In this document: piece after piece, positions 33,751 to 43,614 of the stretch
Position numbering within the stretch: the stretch's first letter is position 1
Layout: the number at the start of each line of letters is the position of its first letter
Source: a virus
DNA: 64,000 nucleotides
Direction: 5' to 3' (one strand)
Virus record (IMG/VR): IMGVR_UViG_3300035698_012898
Span: 14,716 to 78,715 of that record
Program-made: the position numbers and the translations under genes
The notes under the pieces: model-generated
The model's input: the letters and a program-made list of their open reading frames with translations, nothing else
Databases searched by the model: none
Told to the model about the DNA's origin: nothing

Positions 33751-34767
33751 CTAATCTCCGTACCTGTCTGCAGTCGTATCCGTGTTGACCCCAGACGCTT
33801 TAACGATAGCATCTCCTTCTTCATAAACGAAGTCTGTCCGCATGTGGATAGTACCTTCATCCGTATCACTTCGCGGCACACGCTCCCACTCAACCGTGAG
33901 ATCACGTTGCACCACATAAATGAAGTTGTTCGGATCAGCAAGGTAAACGATTGACCCTGTATCACCAGACGTACCAGTGATGGTCAAATCCTCGGGCATC
34001 AACGGAATCGCAAGCGGCTGAATACCGAGAATCGGCGGCAGCATCCCTGTCTTACGAAGCTGATCACCAAGGTCAGTAGATCGACCACCCCATTCCTCCG
34101 CCAAATCAAGAACAGCATTCGTGTTCATGAACCATCGGAGTTGATTAAGGTTACGCCGCCACTTAGTCGGCATCGTCCGAAGCATATAAACCAGCAACGC
34201 AAACGAAATCCGATGACCAGCGGCATCAACATCATGAACAGCAGAGTCTGCTGCCGTCAAAGTATCAAAGCCATCATTAGTCTTCAACAGGTTAGCTAAA
34301 TCTGTTGCACCTGCGGTCGTGGTATCACCCTCGAAAGCAAGCTGCTCCATGTCATTCGCAACTTGTTTGACGATGGTTCCCATGATCGTATTACGCCCTG
34401 CGGCACCTTCAATGTTATCCTCTTGGACTTCACCTGAGATGTCAATAGCGGATACGGTCTTAACCGTGTTATACGTAACAACAGAATTCGACGGCTTCTT
34501 AGTGTTCGTCGCCGCCGTACTCTCGGTCGCCTTCCCTGTAATTGGCCCTGTAATAGACAGCTTGCTGATATCACCAGCCGGAGCATCAGTACGATGCACC
34601 CGAATGTTTCGCAGCAAAACAGACTCATCTACAACCTGGTCAATAAACCTGTCCGCGTCCTCACGTTTCAGTGATCGCGCATTCAAGTCACTAAGCGTCA
34701 TGGCCGACTTCTGAACAAGGTCTAAACCAAGAGCCTCGGCTAAAAGTTCCATATGTGTTCGCGTCAT
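33751..34767 (-). CDS. Major capsid protein (HK97 fold; PBSX XkdG/P2-like)
   Basis: ADRFIDQVVDESVLL, EVQEDNIEG, ANDMEQLAFEGD, LADPNNFIY; strong SD AAGGAGGTGA. Confidence 0.93.
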   Translation of the reverse strand: MTRTHMELLAEALGLDLVQKSAMTLSDLNARSLKREDADRFIDQVVDESVLLRNIRVHRTDAPAGDISKLSITGPITGKATESTAATNTKKPSNSVVTYNTVKTVSAIDISGEVQEDNIEGAAGRNTIMGTIVKQVANDMEQLAFEGDTTTAGATDLANLLKTNDGFDTLTAADSAVHDVDAAGHRISFALLVYMLRTMPTKWRRNLNQLRWFMNTNAVLDLAEEWGGRSTDLGDQLRKTGMLPPILGIQPLAIPLMPEDLTITGTSGDTGSIVYLADPNNFIYVVQRDLTVEWERVPRSDTDEGTIHMRTDFVYEEGDAIVKASGVNTDTTADRYGD

Positions 34768-34879
34768 TTACATTCACCTCCTTTCCCTTAGATATCAGCA
34801 ACGCCACTTCTTGCTGCTATGCTCAGGTGAGATGAACGTTATAGAACAGCTACACGACCAGCCATCCTATCTCTTAACA

Positions 34880-36310
34880 CTAATGCCCTTTCCGAACATC
34901 ATCGGGAATCATCTGGCGTGATAGCACATCCAAGTGAACTGCTTTCCTTTTCTCCGGAGACAACTCCGCCAAGGCACTCTTTACGGCAGCAACAGCCGTT
35001 ACACTAACGTCAGATTCAAGCGTCGGATCATCAACAAGAATGGCCTTTTTATCGGCAGGGGCCTTCTCCAAAGAACCAACGCGCTTCTCTAACCCACTGA
35101 CGCCTTCACCAAGTGTGTCAACACTGGCTGCAAGCTTAGTGAGTAAATCAACGACCTGCTGATTCTCCGCAGGCACAGCCTCAGCCTGCGTCTTTTCTTC
35201 CGCCAAACGCAAGCCTTCTGCCTCATCGGCAGTAGCCTTTGCAGCCACATCCGCAGCAACCTTTGCCGCTACTTCTGCTTTCTGCTTCTCTTCCTCGGAC
35301 TCAACCGGCTCTTCCAGAACCTTCATACGCCTATCGAGCGCACCAAGGGTTTCTGTAAAAGTACCGAGTTTACCGCCCAGATTCTCCAACTTCGCCAGGA
35401 GTTGTTTTGCCGTCTCGTTTTCCACGTCTACATCACCTCCCTTCGACTCGTTAATCACTACGGGAACCGCAGCAACCAAGGTATCACATAATGCAAGCAT
35501 ATTACGCTCACGGTCTGTAAGCTGATTCACATCTTCATCGGGCTGCTTGATCGTACCAAGCACCCGCGTAAGCTCTTTAATAGCATCCAGGTCCAAGTCA
35601 GCAACGTCACCCGCAATGGATTCTATGCGTAGCTTTTTACCTATCTGAAACAATGCTCGTTGGTTTGCCGGGATGTTGACCAAGCTAACCTCGAACAAGT
35701 CCACTTTGGCAATTGCTCCGTTAGCCCGACGATGCACAAGCCCTTGCCAAGAAAAAGCGTTTAACCGGCCTTCCCTGACGAGCTTAATTATTTCCGGCTC
35801 CATGATTCCACATACAACCCAAAGCCCCCTTGCTCCGTCAGTCACATGGAAACCGTCATCCTTCACGGTATGGAATGGAGCATCAGTTTCTAAGTCAACC
35901 AGAGTGATTACGCCGTTCTCTTTGTCATACAAAACACGAACAGCCGTAGCTTGCTCAGTAACGCCAACGCTAATACCGTTTCCTTGCGGAGTAAGCCAAA
36001 GCTGATGATTAACCCAAACTTGGCGGGTCTCCATGTAGGTCTTCAGATCAAACAAACGAGGATCAAATGCATCACCCTCCCGGTCCTTGTTTGACATGCT
36101 CATAAACCCACTAATGATCACGGATTCTGTCTCAGCTTTTTCCGTCGCCTTTAGAACAGTCGAGACAAACCGGCTGCTAAACATAACACGTTCTTGCGTA
36201 ACTACATCTGAAGGATCAACCTCTAACAGCACGTTAGGAGTGCCGTCAGGAAAAGCACTTGCAGGCCCGGCATCCCCTTTTGTCTTCACGCTTTCTACAG
36301 TAACTGTCAT
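34880..36310 (-). CDS. Prohead protease with C-terminal scaffold-like coiled coil
   Basis: IISGFMS...DREGD, NHQ, LNAFSWQG, LFEVSLVNIPANQRA; likely start 36310. Confidence 0.85.
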   Translation of the reverse strand: MTVTVESVKTKGDAGPASAFPDGTPNVLLEVDPSDVVTQERVMFSSRFVSTVLKATEKAETESVIISGFMSMSNKDREGDAFDPRLFDLKTYMETRQVWVNHQLWLTPQGNGISVGVTEQATAVRVLYDKENGVITLVDLETDAPFHTVKDDGFHVTDGARGLWVVCGIMEPEIIKLVREGRLNAFSWQGLVHRRANGAIAKVDLFEVSLVNIPANQRALFQIGKKLRIESIAGDVADLDLDAIKELTRVLGTIKQPDEDVNQLTDRERNMLALCDTLVAAVPVVINESKGGDVDVENETAKQLLAKLENLGGKLGTFTETLGALDRRMKVLEEPVESEEEKQKAEVAAKVAADVAAKATADEAEGLRLAEEKTQAEAVPAENQQVVDLLTKLAASVDTLGEGVSGLEKRVGSLEKAPADKKAILVDDPTLESDVSVTAVAAVKSALAELSPEKRKAVHLDVLSRQMIPDDVRKGH

Positions 36311-36367
36311 GGCGCAAATCCTCCTACCAATAGCAGCAAAAATGCACAACGCATTACTTCATAGCCA

Positions 36368-36397
36368 GTTCTACACCAGATGCGAGGTCCGTGTCAA
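36368..36397 (-). promoter_or_regulatory. Sigma70-like promoter upstream of the protease/capsid genes
   Basis: TTGACA-N14-GGTG-TAGAAC in the intergenic gap; same layout as the promoters at 59932 and 60487. Confidence 0.5.
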
Positions 36398-36411
36398 GTG
36401 GAATCTGTTGA

Positions 36412-36621
36412 CTACTTCTTTGGTGCCTTCTCAAACCGAATACCATTGTCTCCTGAAAAGGGCTTCAGATGCTTGTTACGCCCGTACGCAATCTCGTCAG
36501 GAATGCCGTCCGGAAATGCAGCGCACCAAACGAACTCAGTTGCCTCCTTGTCCTCGTCTTTTCGCTTGACCCCACCGAAATGATGACACCGCCTACCATA
36601 ACATTTAGGCTCACTAATCAT
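36412..36621 (-). CDS. Small Cys/His protein coupled to MuF (candidate immunity/inhibitor)
   Basis: C....C.HF...CAAFPDGIPDEI...H..PF.GDNGIRFE; ATGA overlap with the MuF stop. Confidence 0.6.
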   Translation of the reverse strand: MISEPKCYGRRCHHFGGVKRKDEDKEATEFVWCAAFPDGIPDEIAYGRNKHLKPFSGDNGIRFEKAPKK

Positions 36622-38537
36622 AGCCCCTCCGTTATCTTTCGAACATCTCCCAAGGCAGCAGTCATATAATCATGCAGCTCCTTAGTCAATGTGTTCTTTG
36701 GGCTCGTCCCATACAGAGGCGACGTAAAGGCTGAAACAGCCTCTGACCATGCTTCTTTTGGCGACGAGGCACTGTACTCTGATAGGTTCTTTCTCCACCA
36801 ATGTGCTGGCTTAGATTTTACAAACTCTCGCCAGGATTGCAACCCACGCGCCGGAAGCATCTCTGTGGTTGCCCAATGCCCGAGCTCATGCCGTAAGGAA
36901 CCTACGGCGTCCCTCCCAGTCACGGTAAATGATCCAATATTCAGCACAGGCACTTTACTACGTTGACCGGCAGCAAGCTGTATGTATGCGTCTATCAGGC
37001 TCCCATCCGGATCGAGAAGACTGACATAACGCCCCGCCTGACCAAGACTACCCCCCTTAAACTTAGGCAACTGCCAATCTCGGAATAGTTCAAGCCTAGA
37101 TATAGGAACGCCATCTCCAAAGCCGCTTGCCAACATTCGGTCTAGCCTTGGATGCTGTAGTAGCATTCGCTCCATATCGGCCCCCAACTCGCTCACAAGC
37201 GCATTAAACTTATCTACAGGCATCCCACGATTGACTACGTTCTGAATATACAACTGCTCTTCAAAACGTGTAGCGCGTTCTTCTGCCGTCAATGATCGCC
37301 ACGTATTCAGCAGGTCATCTACTTCCGGCGCGGCTGGTACATCAGGAGCAACATCAACAGGTTTGGGCTTTGGCTTGGGTTTCACAAGCGGCGGTGTCAC
37401 ACGTGAAGGAACAGGCTTCGCCCCCACGGCACCTACACGCCCTCTAAGTAGCACCGGCCCCGAAGTGCAACGACAATTAAATGGATCTTCGTTACCGCTT
37501 CCAGCATCCGTTGACCCGTCGCCGGAGAACTGTTGGTCCATAGGAATCGGACCATCTGCGTCATTATCCCCGTGCGTCAACCTAGCAGGTGGCGCAGGGC
37601 CATTCATCCAGAACCACTGCTTCCCGTCCATACCCGCCGACTTGCCTATCGACATCAGAGCGTCATTCTGGACAACAACGGCTTCTGTTCGTGACCAGAG
37701 CATCAGCTTGCTTTTCGATAGCTCTGGTAACGTACCAGAATACTTGGCTGCCAAGTCTACGCCTATCTTCTTAGCAAGTGCCTCTGCCCCAAGTGCACCA
37801 CCCGCACGTTCGTACATTTCCTTGCGGATTGTATCACGCAAAGTCTCAAACATTGCATCATCGAAACCGCCTATCGTAATCAGGTTCATCCGTGCTGCAA
37901 TGGTGTTCGCCAACTCCGGCATAGCTTCAAGACCAATACGTATCAGCAACCAGTCTTCTAAGTTGAAAGCGTCACCAACCTGCTTTGATACCCAGACGAT
38001 AGCCTTCTCCGCGAAAGCATCTTGAAATTTGACTACTCCTGAAATAGCCCGTGCTGCTGACTCCCACAAAAGGAAGTACGCCCCCATAACAATATCAGGA
38101 AGTGCCTCGAATTCCGCCCCGGATGCATCTGCTGCTTCTCGTAAGGCTTGCCCAATAACACGCTCATCTCTAGTTGTTCTACGAAGGTGCTCACGTATTC
38201 GTCTTTGCACCTGTCTATCCGTATCGCCTTTCTTACGGAGAGAATGATACAGGTTTGCACTATCTACGGCTAGACGATCCATTGCACCTGACGTTTGCAT
38301 ACGCTGTAACGTCTTAGCAAACTGGTCTTGCGCAAGAGTGCCTAGTTCCCCCATAAACTTATGGCCAATACGATCACGTTCTACGCGAGCAAGGGCGTAT
38401 GCTACACCAAGACGACGGTTCATCTTGCGTGCGTCTAAAGCAGACTGTTTCTTGACAAAACCTGACACAGCAGACAAGGCTAGGAAGGATGCTCCTAGCC
38501 GTTGTCGTACTGCTCGTTCTCTTGCAGGTTCTACCAT
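36618..38537 (-). CDS. MuF/SPP1 gp7-like minor head protein with C-terminal zincin metallopeptidase domain
   Basis: MuF: WSRTE, K.W, H...D...PMDQQF, DPFNCRC; Pro-rich linker; LRHELGH and SEYSASSPKEAWSEAV. Confidence 0.85.
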   Translation of the reverse strand: MVEPARERAVRQRLGASFLALSAVSGFVKKQSALDARKMNRRLGVAYALARVERDRIGHKFMGELGTLAQDQFAKTLQRMQTSGAMDRLAVDSANLYHSLRKKGDTDRQVQRRIREHLRRTTRDERVIGQALREAADASGAEFEALPDIVMGAYFLLWESAARAISGVVKFQDAFAEKAIVWVSKQVGDAFNLEDWLLIRIGLEAMPELANTIAARMNLITIGGFDDAMFETLRDTIRKEMYERAGGALGAEALAKKIGVDLAAKYSGTLPELSKSKLMLWSRTEAVVVQNDALMSIGKSAGMDGKQWFWMNGPAPPARLTHGDNDADGPIPMDQQFSGDGSTDAGSGNEDPFNCRCTSGPVLLRGRVGAVGAKPVPSRVTPPLVKPKPKPKPVDVAPDVPAAPEVDDLLNTWRSLTAEERATRFEEQLYIQNVVNRGMPVDKFNALVSELGADMERMLLQHPRLDRMLASGFGDGVPISRLELFRDWQLPKFKGGSLGQAGRYVSLLDPDGSLIDAYIQLAAGQRSKVPVLNIGSFTVTGRDAVGSLRHELGHWATTEMLPARGLQSWREFVKSKPAHWWRKNLSEYSASSPKEAWSEAVSAFTSPLYGTSPKNTLTKELHDYMTAALGDVRKITEGL

Positions 38538-38639
38538 TCAGACCTACTTCGTTATTGCCTTCTTCTCAGACATTGCACCTTCCCTAACAACGGCATTAAC
38601 TTTATCATCCTTCATCACATATTCTCCTTTTCATCCTTC

Positions 38640-38963
38640 TTACTTCCCTTTTTTCTTCGGCATCGGTGGAACTTTAGGTATATGCGGAATGTAGCCTTCT
38701 TTCTTTGGCTTGCTGCGCCACAACGTTCGCACCCATGCCCACAACGGTCCCGTTACAAATGCAGCAAACGCTACGAGCACAGCGTCCTGCTCAATACCCC
38801 AAGGTAACGTACCTGGCCAAGCGTTACGAATGAACACCAGTATCCCGGCAACACCACCGCCACCTGCAGCTGTAACCACAGCCGTACTGCGTACTGTCGC
38901 CATAGCAGGCGACTTCGGTTCCTTCTTCAGTTTCTTCCGCTCATACCGCATAGACGTACGCAT
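38640..38963 (-). CDS. Small two-TM membrane protein
   Basis: Likely start MRTSMR at 38963; two hydrophobic segments, basic termini. Confidence 0.5.
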   Translation of the reverse strand: MRTSMRYERKKLKKEPKSPAMATVRSTAVVTAAGGGGVAGILVFIRNAWPGTLPWGIEQDAVLVAFAAFVTGPLWAWVRTLWRSKPKKEGYIPHIPKVPPMPKKKGK

Positions 38964-39063
38964 GTTCTTCCCACGATCCTTTTTCGGTGACGACCCAAGA
39001 TAAGCACGCCACCCTTTCCAACCTGCTCGTATTAGTCGCAAAGGTTTCATGGTGTTACACCTG

Positions 39064-39402
39064 CTACGCTGGCGGAACGACCAACCCAAGATTGACGATC
39101 TGCGTGGCAACCGTTTCAAGCAACGCTCGTAACGCTGCCTGTTCAGCCGCATCCTGTGCCGCTTCAATCTGCCCAGTCAAAACCGTATACTGTCCAAACA
39201 ACGCAGCCGCTATCGGCGCAATGTCTGCTACGGCCTGCAAGGCTTCCGTATCCACGCTTACCGTCGTCGTTGCACCATCAGGACTGAGCGAACTCGTTGC
39301 ACAACCAGGAAGCACGTATACACCAAATGCCAGCAACGCAATCACAACCACCGAAGGTAACGACGCAAAAGCCCAATTCCGTAACGTCTTCTTCATAACC
39401 AT
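39064..39402 (-). CDS. Putative lipoprotein
   Basis: Start MVMKK after AAGGAG; hydrophobic stretch ending VLPG|C. Confidence 0.5.
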   Translation of the reverse strand: MVMKKTLRNWAFASLPSVVVIALLAFGVYVLPGCATSSLSPDGATTTVSVDTEALQAVADIAPIAAALFGQYTVLTGQIEAAQDAAEQAALRALLETVATQIVNLGLVVPPA

Positions 39403-39452
39403 TCTCCTTTGTTGGACACCAGCCAATTCCAGTATCCACCAGATTCCACATA

Positions 39453-39884
39453 TCACCCAGCCGGGACAATACCCGGCAATAGGTCCAAAATAGGCGTCAC
39501 GACGCCTGCTGCTACTGGTACACCTAAAGCTACGTTGACAGCCGTCAAAGCTGCGAGCGCCTGTCCTACGAGTTCAATCATCTTGGCCATATCCGTTTCG
39601 ACGCCTGTAGCCGTAGAACCCGAAGACATCTCCCATGTCCCATCCTCCTTGATGGTCGAGCGCGTATTCGGTTGGGCTTGTTCTGCCTTGGCGGTACCTG
39701 CCACTATCGTGATAGTCGTCAGCGTGTTCTCCTCGGTAACCCCAGTCACAGGGTCCGTCGTCTTTGTTTCGTTTACGGTGCGTAACGTCACACACCCGCT
39801 GGTCATCAGGACCAGGCACAGCCAGGCTGCTACATATCTCTTTCGCATTTGCTTATCCTCTGTTACCTTGTCCCTACGTTCCAT
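39453..39884 (-). CDS. Putative lipoprotein
   Basis: RKRYVAAWLCLVLMTSG|C lipobox-like. Confidence 0.55.
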   Translation of the reverse strand: MERRDKVTEDKQMRKRYVAAWLCLVLMTSGCVTLRTVNETKTTDPVTGVTEENTLTTITIVAGTAKAEQAQPNTRSTIKEDGTWEMSSGSTATGVETDMAKMIELVGQALAALTAVNVALGVPVAAGVVTPILDLLPGIVPAG

Positions 39885-39910
39885 CGATTAGTGCCCGTGC
39901 TTGCGAAACG

Positions 39911-40759
39911 TCAGACACCAAGAGGTTCCTCTTCTAATTGCTCCGGCATAATTATACCGTAATTGTTATCGCCTTCAGGTATCGTAACACCTGGCTTAAG
40001 TCGTAAACGATTTTTCTTGAATGCGAGGTAATCCACCACGTGCTGCCAACGCCCCCAACGGCGCCGGATCTTTACAATGTCCGGATGCTGTAGTTGCAGT
40101 GACCGCGCCATATCATAGCGTCCACTCCCCTGATAGAGTTCGTCAGTATTACCGCCCTTCATTTTCATTGTTGTTATCTTTTCTACCAAAAACGCATTGA
40201 AAAGGACTGTACACCACCCGTCTTTCAAGGCCCGTATTGATAGATCAGTATCCTCATTGTACCGACCGCGCCATTGATAGGGTATGCTGTTATTGATCAA
40301 AATGCAAGAATAAATCCGAGTATTCAAAGACAACGGCGCTCTTTTTTGTTTTCTTGGTAAAAATAGTGCGTACTGCATTCCAGCTATCGCGATATTCTCA
40401 TACCGATCAACGAAGCTCTCAATAATCCTAAAGGTGGTACCTGTTGTGGTATACCACTTTTTGTTTCGATTAAACAGGTAGAAGTACATTAGATTATCAT
40501 CAAGAATCCAGTGAAACTTGGCGCCCGATTCTACTGAGTGCTTCCATACCCAGTTCCGCGCCGGAATAGAACCCTGCCCAAGATTGCTGAATGGAAGTAC
40601 TAAGATACGAGCAGCGTCAACCACCTTAGCGTATTCATCAAACTCTTGCGGTTCAATTACCAAACTATACGGGATGGTCCGTTTTTCAAGGGCCTTGGCG
40701 GTTAGTCGAGATTCCCAGCGCCCCTTTGAAATAATATAAACTGGATATTTAGGATTCAT
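39911..40759 (-). CDS. TET/JBP-associated-type (TAGT/GREB1-like) glycosyltransferase
   Basis: YPVYIISKGR, VIEPQE...Y, GSIPARNW, HWILDDN, RIYSCILI, WRGRYNEDTDL, MKGGNT; likely start 40759. Confidence 0.8.
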   Translation of the reverse strand: MNPKYPVYIISKGRWESRLTAKALEKRTIPYSLVIEPQEFDEYAKVVDAARILVLPFSNLGQGSIPARNWVWKHSVESGAKFHWILDDNLMYFYLFNRNKKWYTTTGTTFRIIESFVDRYENIAIAGMQYALFLPRKQKRAPLSLNTRIYSCILINNSIPYQWRGRYNEDTDLSIRALKDGWCTVLFNAFLVEKITTMKMKGGNTDELYQGSGRYDMARSLQLQHPDIVKIRRRWGRWQHVVDYLAFKKNRLRLKPGVTIPEGDNNYGIIMPEQLEEEPLGV

Positions 40760-41447
40760 CTTTTCCAGATTCTTCTTGCAGTATTGGGCGCGGACCTGGC
40801 TTGGCATATGGATACCATATTGCTCTTGTCTTCTTGGTTATCTTCTGGTTGATTCGCACTGCAAATGCCTCGATATCTTCAGCGCAGAGAAAATGCACAA
40901 GCAGAGATTTGTAAGACAGCTTCTCACTCACACATTCTGGCATACCTTTCCAGACATCATCAGCCGTTTGGAGTGGTACTCCTTGAATATCCCCCAGCTC
41001 GTCAGCCGACCAAAACTGATCAAGCTCTAATCCGTCTTCCATGTCTGTTGTCAACTGCTCCAGATCCCAGTTGAGCCCTACCTCGTTGCACCTGTTATCT
41101 GCAATGGCCAGTTCCCGCGCCGCCTTACTGTCAGATGTCAAGTCCATTCGCCGCACAACTACAAGTTCGCTACCGTCTGTCTCAACAATGCGGATAGGTA
41201 GACCAATCTCGGCAGCCCGATCGACAGTCTTGTTCCCCGCGATTACACTACCGTCTTTGGCTACGAGTACTGATCGGCCAGCACCAAATTCATGCAGGCT
41301 ATGATCTAACATCGTGGCACCACGGTCTGTGCCACGATTTGCATTATGGGGATCAGAAGTCAAGTCAGCAATAGTCTCAAGGGGCTTGTGTCCCCCAGAA
41401 ACCTCGGCCCTATTAGACGGCAGCAAGTCTTCTTCTTCTTCAGGCAT
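40749..41447 (-). CDS. ParB/Srx-like N-terminal domain fused to a small C-terminal domain
   Basis: DPHNAN...SLHEFGAGRSV...IAGN...LAIADNR; C-terminal WKGMPE...VHF...D.EAF..RINQKITKKTRAIWYP. Confidence 0.75.
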   Translation of the reverse strand: MPEEEEDLLPSNRAEVSGGHKPLETIADLTSDPHNANRGTDRGATMLDHSLHEFGAGRSVLVAKDGSVIAGNKTVDRAAEIGLPIRIVETDGSELVVVRRMDLTSDSKAARELAIADNRCNEVGLNWDLEQLTTDMEDGLELDQFWSADELGDIQGVPLQTADDVWKGMPECVSEKLSYKSLLVHFLCAEDIEAFAVRINQKITKKTRAIWYPYAKPGPRPILQEESGKDES

Positions 41448-41491
41448 ACCATTACTCCTCACGTTTTCATCCGCATACACAAGCCTTAGCG

Positions 41492-43399
41492 TCACTCACT
41501 AGGCGCAGTAACACCTTCTTCAACCCCGACATTCGTTGAAGGTTCTTCCAAGTACGCCAACGCCTCGTCCACTTGATCAGCATCACGTACTAAGTGCATC
41601 CCTGAAAGCGTATCACGAAACCCCTTCTCACGAGCCATAGATAGCTCTAGCTGCGTAGCTAAACCTTTCTCATCATCGTAAAAAGGTGTTAGCTGTGTCG
41701 TACGGAAGAACCGTACCTGACCCCTGCCATCCGGCAATGGCTCACGACCACGAATCTCTAGATAGTCATCCAAGAGAGACGCCCCAGCGATAAACTCCTT
41801 GAGCGCAAACTCACGAATAAGATCTGCATGCTCAACGTCCATCGGCTCAAACTTAAACTGGAAATATCCTATAAGCAATCCACATCGAATAATCTGGTTG
41901 ATTACGTCTTCAAATACATGTTGGCCAGGCACTACGATATGATCCCTATACCTGCGAAGTGCTGACGTGTCTCTGACACCAGCGCCACCAAGACCGGCAG
42001 GCCGATAGATACCCATAGCCGGGCCCGGAACCCTATGCGCGAGGCGGACGTTCTCCGTGTTCCTATCCTCGTAGCTTGCAAACGAGGCTTCCATAGTCTC
42101 AGAGCTTAGACGTTCAAACCTTACCTTGGCGTCACCTGTCAAGGTCAGTATGAGAATGCTCCTGTCACCCACAGAAAGCTGCTTCTCAAAGAACAGGCGC
42201 AACGTGTCCTCCAAGGCCGCTACCTCTGAAGTGGTCATATCAGGCGACGTGTCCGTATCCGTTGAATCTTCAAGCACACCTTCCCCACCAGCAGGCATAG
42301 ACATACCTTCAAAGATTACAGCGTACTGAGGAACCCCCTTGGATGAAAAGAACTGTAGATTATACGCTTCAATCTTCAGTTGTGCCAACATGCTATTAGC
42401 AGCCGTGATGCCTGCCGGTGTCCCATAGATGCTCGACTTCGTAAACGGCGGACGCGCCAGCATAAAGAACTCGTTGGCTGCCCTGTCTTCGTTTGCAGTA
42501 CGTGCAGACGAAGCAACATCAACAAACTCATTACCAACCTGGATATGCTCGCGTCGTGTCTCGTATGAAGGAAAATCTTCAACAGGAGCAACAATCGGAT
42601 TAAACGCCTGACGAGTTGCATTGAGGAAGGTCACGTTATAATTCTTGTCCGTAAAGTACGCTTTACTCTGATACCTTTTCTGGAGAAACCTTGCATTCGT
42701 CTCTGCACGAACCCCTTGCTTAAGCACACGCATCGTACCAAACGGAATATGATTCAATGCAGCAATAAACCCTAAAGCATTCCTGCGTATCTCAAAACCA
42801 CCATTCCCCAAAGCCTCATAATCTAAGGCAACGTCACGGCACAGATCCCCTATCGGTTTCCCATCTACAACAGTTCTCAAAAACGAAGAGACTTCTTCCT
42901 TCGCAGCAGCTATCGTCTCCTCCGCAACATTCTCTTTAGCCCACGGTAAGACATCCAACCTAAAAGCATTGAATGCATAATCAGCAGCCTTGGTTTCAAT
43001 GGCAGCCGCATGAACCGTGTTGGATGTAAAGAGTGTATTCAGGACTTCAAAGTCCCAAGGAGGGGCAACAACATTGTCAATGCTGTAATTGAATGGGTCC
43101 ATATCCTCGGTAATCTCACGAGACTCCCGAGGCATAAGATCCTCTTCTTCCCCCATCGCCTTTTCTGTACGTACAGTGTACAACTCAGACCCTGATGCTG
43201 TCCGGCGTACAGCAAACCCCTGCCGACGTAGCGACTTCGTAGACACAAATTCACCACGGCTGTTTATCGTGCCTGCAATACACGATGCCGTAGCAGTACC
43301 TCGTGTTGCGGTGCCACGTCGATTAACCCTGCGGACGTATCCGCCAAGGGCTTCCCGCAGCGCAGCAACTTCATTTGCATCTTTTGTGTCTGTCGCCAT
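41492..43399 (-). CDS. Portal protein (PBSX/XkdE-like)
   Basis: PPWDFEVL, HAAAIETKA, DYEALGNGGFE, YGTP, YNLQFF...GVPQY, EASF..Y, AHRVP. Confidence 0.9.
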   Translation of the reverse strand: MATDTKDANEVAALREALGGYVRRVNRRGTATRGTATASCIAGTINSRGEFVSTKSLRRQGFAVRRTASGSELYTVRTEKAMGEEEDLMPRESREITEDMDPFNYSIDNVVAPPWDFEVLNTLFTSNTVHAAAIETKAADYAFNAFRLDVLPWAKENVAEETIAAAKEEVSSFLRTVVDGKPIGDLCRDVALDYEALGNGGFEIRRNALGFIAALNHIPFGTMRVLKQGVRAETNARFLQKRYQSKAYFTDKNYNVTFLNATRQAFNPIVAPVEDFPSYETRREHIQVGNEFVDVASSARTANEDRAANEFFMLARPPFTKSSIYGTPAGITAANSMLAQLKIEAYNLQFFSSKGVPQYAVIFEGMSMPAGGEGVLEDSTDTDTSPDMTTSEVAALEDTLRLFFEKQLSVGDRSILILTLTGDAKVRFERLSSETMEASFASYEDRNTENVRLAHRVPGPAMGIYRPAGLGGAGVRDTSALRRYRDHIVVPGQHVFEDVINQIIRCGLLIGYFQFKFEPMDVEHADLIREFALKEFIAGASLLDDYLEIRGREPLPDGRGQVRFFRTTQLTPFYDDEKGLATQLELSMAREKGFRDTLSGMHLVRDADQVDEALAYLEEPSTNVGVEEGVTAPSE

Positions 43400-43585
43400 A
43401 CAATCTCCGTATACAAACCATTAGCTACAAGAGCACCATCCCCCATAGACTAACAGGATTATAGTCGCGGCCAGGTAAGGGACCATCGGTGCGGTGCGGT
43501 CGACCCCTTACCTGGCACACAGTGCGCTGCTCCGTGACAAGCAGCGTCACCTGTGCATAGCGCGAGCAATGGCGTTGCAATCGGA

Positions 43586-43614
43586 AGCGTACCAGATTAT
43601 TCAGCCGGTGTCAA
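43586..43614 (-). promoter_or_regulatory. Sigma70-like promoter for the portal operon
   Basis: TTGACA-N17-TACGCT with TGG immediately before the -10 box. Confidence 0.6.
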
